Below the pieces are notes generated by a model. The model ran no database searches. It saw nothing but the letters and a program-made list of their open reading frames with translations, and was not told the origin of the DNA. Source: an uncultured Bacteroidales bacterium (lineage in GTDB: Bacteria > Bacteroidota > Bacteroidia > Bacteroidales > GCA-2748055). Taken from it: DNA of 64,000 bases. The translations under genes and the position numbers were made by a program. Within the stretch, counting starts at the first letter, position 1; every line of letters begins with the position of its first letter. Of the stretch, positions 58,362 through 64,000 are shown one piece after another. The stretch is taken from NCBI GenBank assembly GCA_963779845.1, contig CAVZZV010000001.1:182125-246124 (forward strand), in the 5' to 3' direction.

Positions 58362-58906
58362 TTTTTTGTTTTTAAAAATTCAGAAACCACCTTTCCCGCG
58401 GCGATAAACCGCTCCTCTCCATTTCCGGAAATAATGTTATAAGGTATGTTTAGTTTTTCAATCTCTTCCCGGTACTTGTCGAATAAATACATCCTGTTAT
58501 CGCCTCCGTTTTCTCTTACCATATCTTTTTCCCACGGAATATCCGGCGCACAGATTAAATAGAGGCTGATAGTAAGTTCATTGATCGACTCATCCAGCCA
58601 ATCGGGATATTTATGAAAAACCTCCAGAAACCATATTTTGGTAATGATAAGCCATGTGTCAAAAATAACGATACGGGATTCCCCGGAAGAATATTTGTGA
58701 TAATCTTCTATCTGTTTTTTGGCTATTGTTACAATATCGGAATAATCGTATTTATTTCTTAGTGAACTCACGTAAAAGCGTGCGTATTCGGGGATCCAGA
58801 CTGCACCGTAGCGACGGGAAAGGTAATCAGAGATATTCGTCTTTCCGGTCGATTCAGGGCCCGTAATTACGATCCTCACGGGATTGTGGTCATCACTTTT
58901 TTCCAT
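58358..58906 (-). CDS. NadR-type ATPase / ribosylnicotinamide kinase-like (AAA_28)
   Basis: ITGPESTGKT, PEYAR.Y, FDT, PDIPW..D..RE. Overlaps pnuC. Confidence 0.88.
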   Translation of the reverse strand: MEKSDDHNPVRIVITGPESTGKTNISDYLSRRYGAVWIPEYARFYVSSLRNKYDYSDIVTIAKKQIEDYHKYSSGESRIVIFDTWLIITKIWFLEVFHKYPDWLDESINELTISLYLICAPDIPWEKDMVRENGGDNRMYLFDKYREEIEKLNIPYNIISGNGEERFIAAGKVVSEFLKTKK

Positions 58907-59472
58907 TGACGGTAACCTATAAAAGCTAAAACTGTGTAAACAAAGAATAATATCATGGTGGGTAACAAACCTTTATAAATATAGGTTCCCATAGCTACAA
59001 AATCGACCACTATCCAAAATATCCAGTTTTCTATTATTTTTCTGGCAAGCATCCAGGTAGCTACCACGCTTCCCGAAGTAGTAAACGCATCCCAGTAGGG
59101 TATGGTAGAATCGGTATACCTGCTAAGAAAATATCCACCCGCAAAGGTAAGAATAAATGTGATCAGGATAAGGATTAAATTGTATTTCATTCCTTTAGAA
59201 ACAATTCTGATCATTCCCTCCTGACCGTCAGTTGTACCTCTGGCCCCTTTGATCCAGTATATCCAGCCATATACGCTCACCAAAACATAATAAACCTGCA
59301 GGCTCATGTCGGCGTATAAACCCGATTTTAAAAAGACAAAAATATATAAGGCTGAAGTAATCAGGCCTAATGGCCACAGCCAGATTAACCGGTTTATGGA
59401 AAAATACAAATAAATAAGTCCTGTGATTGCTCCCAGGACTTCTAGCCAGTTTTGAAAAAACCACTGGATCAT
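58876..59472 (-). CDS. pnuC: Nicotinamide riboside transporter PnuC
   Basis: W.WPLG, LYADM.LQ.YY....YGW..W, PYWDAFTT..S..A.WMLARK..ENW..WI.VD. Confidence 0.94.
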   Translation of the reverse strand: MIQWFFQNWLEVLGAITGLIYLYFSINRLIWLWPLGLITSALYIFVFLKSGLYADMSLQVYYVLVSVYGWIYWIKGARGTTDGQEGMIRIVSKGMKYNLILILITFILTFAGGYFLSRYTDSTIPYWDAFTTSGSVVATWMLARKIIENWIFWIVVDFVAMGTYIYKGLLPTMILFFVYTVLAFIGYRQWKKVMTTIP

Positions 59473-59480
59473 TTCACGAC

Positions 59481-61061
59481 CTATTGAAGTTTACTTTCAT
59501 AAAATTTTTCATGTTCAATGACCTCAATTGCCTTCCCGAAAATAGGATCGGATGGATTATATACATGATAAAACTCTGAAGTATCCCAAAGGTCGCGTGC
59601 AATATATGCCTTCAGCAATAGTTTGATTATGCTTTCGCTGGTTTCAAATCCCTTCTGATCGTAGGCCAGTCCCTCTTTTTCTGAATAGGCCAGGAGTTCA
59701 TTTTTCGTCTGGGAACTTATTTCAAAATTTTTATTAAATACTTCAAAAGAGGGGTAATTATTTTTCAATTCCTTACGGTGAACATCTACCCAGTCGAGGA
59801 TGAATTGATTTAAAATCCCGCGGCTCAGAAGAGAACGGTAATATTCCGAATAATTCGATGTATCAATCGGAACCAAAACATCAGGCAATATTCCACCCCC
59901 CCCATAAACAACTCTTTTTTTAACAAGGGTATTATATTTAAGGGAATCAGCAAACAGCTTTTTATCCTTTCCACTGAGCTCCCCATTGCGATAACGATCG
60001 GTTAATTCCTTTGAATACTCCTCATACCCTTCATCATACGGTTTTTGGATTAAACGTCCGGAAGGTGTATAATATTTAGCCACGGTAAGCCGGAGTTCGG
60101 ACCCGTCGCGAAGGTCGAACCTTCCCTGCACCAGCCCTTTCCCAAAAGACCGTCGCCCTACGATCACCGCCCTGTCCCAATCCTGAAGAGCACCGGAAAC
60201 TATTTCTGAGGCTGAGGCAGAAGTCTCATCTATCATGACCACCAGTTTGCCATCGGTAAAGTCCCCAGCTTCAGTGGAATAAAAATTCCGCCTCGGGTTC
60301 TTCTCCCCTTCAGTATAAACGATCATTCTGCGCCCAGAAAGAAACTGGTCGGCAAGATCCACGGCAGACCATAAATATCCGCCACCGTTTCCGCTCAGGT
60401 CAAGAATAAGGTTCTTCATGTTTTTTTCGCCTAGTTCCTCCATGGCATTTTTAAATTCCGCCACCGTGGTATTTGAAAACCTGGATAGTTTGATATAACC
60501 GGTAGATTCATCAATCATATAAGAAGCATCCAGGCTATAAATCGGAATTTCATCCCTTACAATGGTAAATTCCAGGATTTTATCTACATTTTTTCTTTTA
60601 ATCCCGACCCGGACTTTTGTTCCCTTTTTGCCTTTAAGCTTCTTTTGTACATCCAGGTTTGAAATTCCAATACCGGCAACATTTTCCCCGTCAACTCTAA
60701 CGATGCGGTCACCTGCTCTGATTCCTACTTTTTCAGAGGGTCCGCCAACTATTGGATTGATAATAAAAATAGTGTCCCTTAATATGTTAAAACTTACACC
60801 TATCCCTTCAAATCCTCCTTCGAGCATTTCTTGTGAGGCCCTAACTTCCTCCTTCGTCAGATAGCTGGAATGAGGATCGAGTTCATGAAGCATTTCGACA
60901 ATGACATTCTCAACCAGTTTTGATTCATTTACAGTATCAACATAATATCTGGAAATTGTTTCCAGAACTTCACCAAATTTCAGGGATTCTTCCGAAATCT
61001 GTGCTTTTCCCGTTGTGAACAGGAAAATTATTCCCGTAAAGACAATTAGTATTTTTCTCAT
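59481..61061 (-). CDS. ctpA: S41 family carboxy-terminal processing protease
   Basis: YYVDTV, LDPHS.Y, PDZ domain (G.GV..GDRI), LDL.GNGGG, SASASEI, RSFGKGLVQ, YYTPSGR. Confidence 0.93.
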   Translation of the reverse strand: MRKILIVFTGIIFLFTTGKAQISEESLKFGEVLETISRYYVDTVNESKLVENVIVEMLHELDPHSSYLTKEEVRASQEMLEGGFEGIGVSFNILRDTIFIINPIVGGPSEKVGIRAGDRIVRVDGENVAGIGISNLDVQKKLKGKKGTKVRVGIKRKNVDKILEFTIVRDEIPIYSLDASYMIDESTGYIKLSRFSNTTVAEFKNAMEELGEKNMKNLILDLSGNGGGYLWSAVDLADQFLSGRRMIVYTEGEKNPRRNFYSTEAGDFTDGKLVVMIDETSASASEIVSGALQDWDRAVIVGRRSFGKGLVQGRFDLRDGSELRLTVAKYYTPSGRLIQKPYDEGYEEYSKELTDRYRNGELSGKDKKLFADSLKYNTLVKKRVVYGGGGILPDVLVPIDTSNYSEYYRSLLSRGILNQFILDWVDVHRKELKNNYPSFEVFNKNFEISSQTKNELLAYSEKEGLAYDQKGFETSESIIKLLLKAYIARDLWDTSEFYHVYNPSDPIFGKAIEVIEHEKFYESKLQ

Positions 61062-61166
61062 GATATAAAATTCAAATTTAGCTTTTTAATCTCTGCAAAA
61101 AGCAGTCCAGAAATGGTACAATAGAATTACAGTCGATATTCTTATTATTAAACAAAGTAGTTTAGC

Positions 61167-62696
61167 TTATTCCCATTCGATAGTTGCGGGCGGTTTGGAA
61201 CTGATGTCATAAACTACCCGGTTTATGCCTTTCACTTTATTTATTATTTCGTTGGATACACGGCTGAGAAATTCATAGGGCAAATGTGACCAATCGGCTG
61301 TCATGCCATCGGTTGAACCAACGGCCCTGAGAGCCACTACATGCTCATAGGTTCGCTCGTCTCCCATTACGCCAACCGACCTGACAGGCAAAAGGATGGC
61401 ACCGGCCTGCCATACCCTGGAATAAAGTCCTGCGTTCCTGAGCGAAGTGATATATATATCATCTGCCTCCTGAAGCATCCTGACTTTTTCGCGGTTGATT
61501 TCACCCAGGATCCGAATAGCCAGGCCCGGGCCCGGAAAAGGATGCCGTGAAATAATTTTCTCCGGAAGATCCATTGCCAGTCCTACCCTTCTTACCTCAT
61601 CCTTAAATAATAACCTTAATGGTTCCACAAGTTTTAATTTCATAAACTCCGGCAGTCCTCCCACATTATGGTGTGATTTGATCGTAGCTGAAGGACCGTT
61701 TACTGAAACTGATTCAATGACATCGGGGTAAATGGTACCCTGCCCAAGCCATTTAACCTCTTTTATTTTATGGGCTTCAGCATCGAATACCTCGATAAAA
61801 TTCCTCCCAATGATCTTACGTTTTTCTTCCGGCTCTTCCACCCCGGCAAGATCATTCAGGAATTGGTCGGCAGCATCAATTCCAACTACGTTCAGTCCCA
61901 TACCCTGATAAGAATGGAGGACTTCATTGAACTCACCCTTCCTTAACAGACCGGTATCCACGAAAATGCAGGTAAGATTTTTTCCAATAGCCCTGTCGAG
62001 AAGGAAAGCCGCTACCGTCGAGTCAACCCCTCCCGATAGACCCATCACCACCTTATCATTTTTAACCAGGCCCTGTATATCTTTTACGGCTGCTTCGACA
62101 AATGAATCCGGTGTCCAGTCCTGATCACACCCACATATATCGGTAACAAAGTTTTTAAGGATGAGCATTCCTTCTGTGGTATGATACACTTCAGGATGGA
62201 ATTGTAGTCCATAGCTATCCTCATTCTCGATCACAAAAGCAGCAACCTTAATACTATCGGTCCCGGCAATAGTACGGTAATGATCAGGAAGGCGGGTAAT
62301 CGTGTCACCATGCGACATCCATACCTGGCTGCCATTGGAAACATTATGTACCAGTTTGTTGGACCGATCGATGTACTGAAGATTTGCCCGGCCATACTCC
62401 CTTGTCGCGGAGGCTTCCACGTCACCTCCATAATGCCTGGCGAGATACTGCGCCCCATAGCAGACACCCAGAAGCGGGATCCTGCCCTTTAAATGGTCAA
62501 TCTTAGGAAGAGGTGCCTTTTCATCCCTAACTGAAAAAGGGCTTCCGCTAAGAATGATACCCTTTACCGTTTCATCCGGCTCGGGGTAATTGTTATATGG
62601 ATGAATTTCACAATAGACGTTCAATTCACGTATTCTTCTGGCGATGAGCTGGGTATATTGGGAACCAAAATCCAGGATCAATATTTTTTCTGTCAC
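61167..62696 (-). CDS. guaA: GMP synthase (glutamine-hydrolysing)
   Basis: [53 protein letters not shown]. Confidence 0.98.
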   Translation of the reverse strand: MTEKILILDFGSQYTQLIARRIRELNVYCEIHPYNNYPEPDETVKGIILSGSPFSVRDEKAPLPKIDHLKGRIPLLGVCYGAQYLARHYGGDVEASATREYGRANLQYIDRSNKLVHNVSNGSQVWMSHGDTITRLPDHYRTIAGTDSIKVAAFVIENEDSYGLQFHPEVYHTTEGMLILKNFVTDICGCDQDWTPDSFVEAAVKDIQGLVKNDKVVMGLSGGVDSTVAAFLLDRAIGKNLTCIFVDTGLLRKGEFNEVLHSYQGMGLNVVGIDAADQFLNDLAGVEEPEEKRKIIGRNFIEVFDAEAHKIKEVKWLGQGTIYPDVIESVSVNGPSATIKSHHNVGGLPEFMKLKLVEPLRLLFKDEVRRVGLAMDLPEKIISRHPFPGPGLAIRILGEINREKVRMLQEADDIYITSLRNAGLYSRVWQAGAILLPVRSVGVMGDERTYEHVVALRAVGSTDGMTADWSHLPYEFLSRVSNEIINKVKGINRVVYDISSKPPATIEWE

Positions 62697-62765
62697 TATA
62701 TTTCTTTTTATATTTTGTTAATCAACTAATTTTTCCCCTTTTCTTAAAATTCTTCCCCTTTTCAT

Positions 62766-63698
62766 TTATTCAGCTGTTCTCACCCTTTCCACGGAAAAAA
62801 CATCACCATCATTTACTGTATAGCTTTCCGGAAAAATTTTACGGGCATCTTCGAGCAGTTTATCCAGTTTTTTGTAGCGTGAGGAGAAATGACCCAGGAG
62901 CAGCTTTTCAGCACCGGAATCCCTGGCCAGGGAAGCTGCCTCGGCGGAAGTCGAATGGAAAGTTTTCCTGGCGAGGGCCAGATCATCCCCGTCGAAAGTG
63001 GCTTCATGGTACAAAAGATCAACCCCCTGAAGAATGTCCGCAATAGCCGGCAAATAAGCGGTATCCGAAATATAGGCATAAGAGCGCCCTTTCCAGGGAG
63101 GATAAACAAGCTTCCTGTTTGGGATAACCCTCCCATCTGTGGTTACAAGATCCTTTCCTTGTTTTATTTCGAGTATCTGGCTGATAGATGGCCTGAATTC
63201 CGCGAGGGATTCCGTCATGATATTAGGCTCTGAAGGCTTTTCCCGGAACAGGTAACCGGTCACTGGTATCCGGTGTTTCAGGGGAATGCTGAGGACTTCC
63301 ACAAGATCGTCCTCATATACAATGGCCGGTCTTTTGTGCCCGACCGGATGGACTATAATCCTGTAATCCTGTTCATGGCCAAAGTGTGAAAGGTAATAAT
63401 CGACGTATTCCTTTAATTCACCCGGACCATACAGATGCATTTCAGCTTTTCTGCCCAACAATTGAAAACTCGAGAAAATCCCATAAAGGCCAAAGATATG
63501 GTCTCCATGCATATGAGAGATAAATATCCTGTTGATCTTATTAAAAGGAGCCTTGAACTGTCGAAGCCGTACCTGGGTTCCTTCCCCGCAATCGATTAAA
63601 AAAAACCGCTCACTTAGATTGAGCAAGTGAGCGGTTGGAAAACGTTGAGATGTGGGCAAAGCAGAACTGCTGCCCAATATAGTCAGGGAAAATGTCAC
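62766..63698 (-). CDS. rnz: Ribonuclease Z
   Basis: LG.SSA.PT, DCGEGTQ, SHMHGDH, SDT, HEATF, HST, GHFSSRY. Confidence 0.95.
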   Translation of the reverse strand: MTFSLTILGSSSALPTSQRFPTAHLLNLSERFFLIDCGEGTQVRLRQFKAPFNKINRIFISHMHGDHIFGLYGIFSSFQLLGRKAEMHLYGPGELKEYVDYYLSHFGHEQDYRIIVHPVGHKRPAIVYEDDLVEVLSIPLKHRIPVTGYLFREKPSEPNIMTESLAEFRPSISQILEIKQGKDLVTTDGRVIPNRKLVYPPWKGRSYAYISDTAYLPAIADILQGVDLLYHEATFDGDDLALARKTFHSTSAEAASLARDSGAEKLLLGHFSSRYKKLDKLLEDARKIFPESYTVNDGDVFSVERVRTAE

Positions 63699-63711
63699 AA
63701 TAAAGCCGAGT

Positions 63712-63999
63712 TTAAATTTCAGCGCTTTTAATTATTTCGGCACCCTCTTCAGCATTTGGGGCAATGTTTAACACCGTATCCAGCTGCGAAATGGTAATGA
63801 GCCTTTCCACAGCATCGTTCAATCCGGTAAGCACAAATATTCCATTGGCATTTTTACATAACCTGTTCGCAACAAGAATGGCGCTTAAGCCTGAAGAATC
63901 ACAATAGCGACAATTGCTTAAATCCAGTACGATGTTTTTCTCACCATTTCCGGATATCAATACAAGTTCTGATTTCAAGGTTGGAGCTACGTGGGTATC
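63712..63999 (-). CDS. STAS-domain anti-sigma-factor antagonist (5'-truncated by the window edge)
   Basis: The frame is open to the edge (DTHVAPTLKSEL...). IVLDLS..YCDSSGLSAIL carries the phosphorylatable Ser motif. Confidence 0.88.
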   Translation of the reverse strand, partial: DTHVAPTLKSELVLISGNGEKNIVLDLSNCRYCDSSGLSAILVANRLCKNANGIFVLTGLNDAVERLITISQLDTVLNIAPNAEEGAEIIKSAEI

Positions 64000-64000
64000 C

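Noticed and set aside
1-64000. Numerous short antisense or overlapping ORFs in the six-frame track; CRISPR, IS, prophage, tRNA and rRNA
   Set aside because: The short ORFs are shadows of long, well-supported genes. I saw no repeat-spacer array, transposase, integrase or structural RNA by eye.

Overview
The window is chromosomal DNA from a Bacteroidota (Bacteroidales/Marinilabiliales-like) bacterium. This assignment rests on the T9SS type-B cargo plus PorP pair, TAnnTTTG -7 promoter boxes and the nusB-DUF1573-yajC-ybbR-coaE gene order. Most of it is housekeeping: metH/metF, purC, phoH, mazG, feoB, arcB/arcC, ftsK-lolA, rlmL-like, pnuC, ctpA, guaA and rnz. I saw no rRNA, tRNA, CRISPR array, IS or prophage. 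The best leads are: (1) a co-directional DUF4831 lipoprotein, OPT transporter, stand-alone PqqD/RRE protein and PepD cluster with no RiPP enzyme or precursor, close to POT and MFSD1-like transporters; (2) an ECF sigma and anti-sigma-like pair followed by an orphan C39 peptidase ABC exporter; (3) a stand-alone siaB-siaC partner-switch pair behind a candidate ECF promoter; (4) a structured metH-metF leader that matches no riboswitch I recognise; (5) a DUF62 protein whose catalytic triad looks degenerate; (6) an unannotated Cys-rich peptide after feoB and a candidate metal-regulator operator before it. All family calls come from motif recognition by eye, not from database searches.
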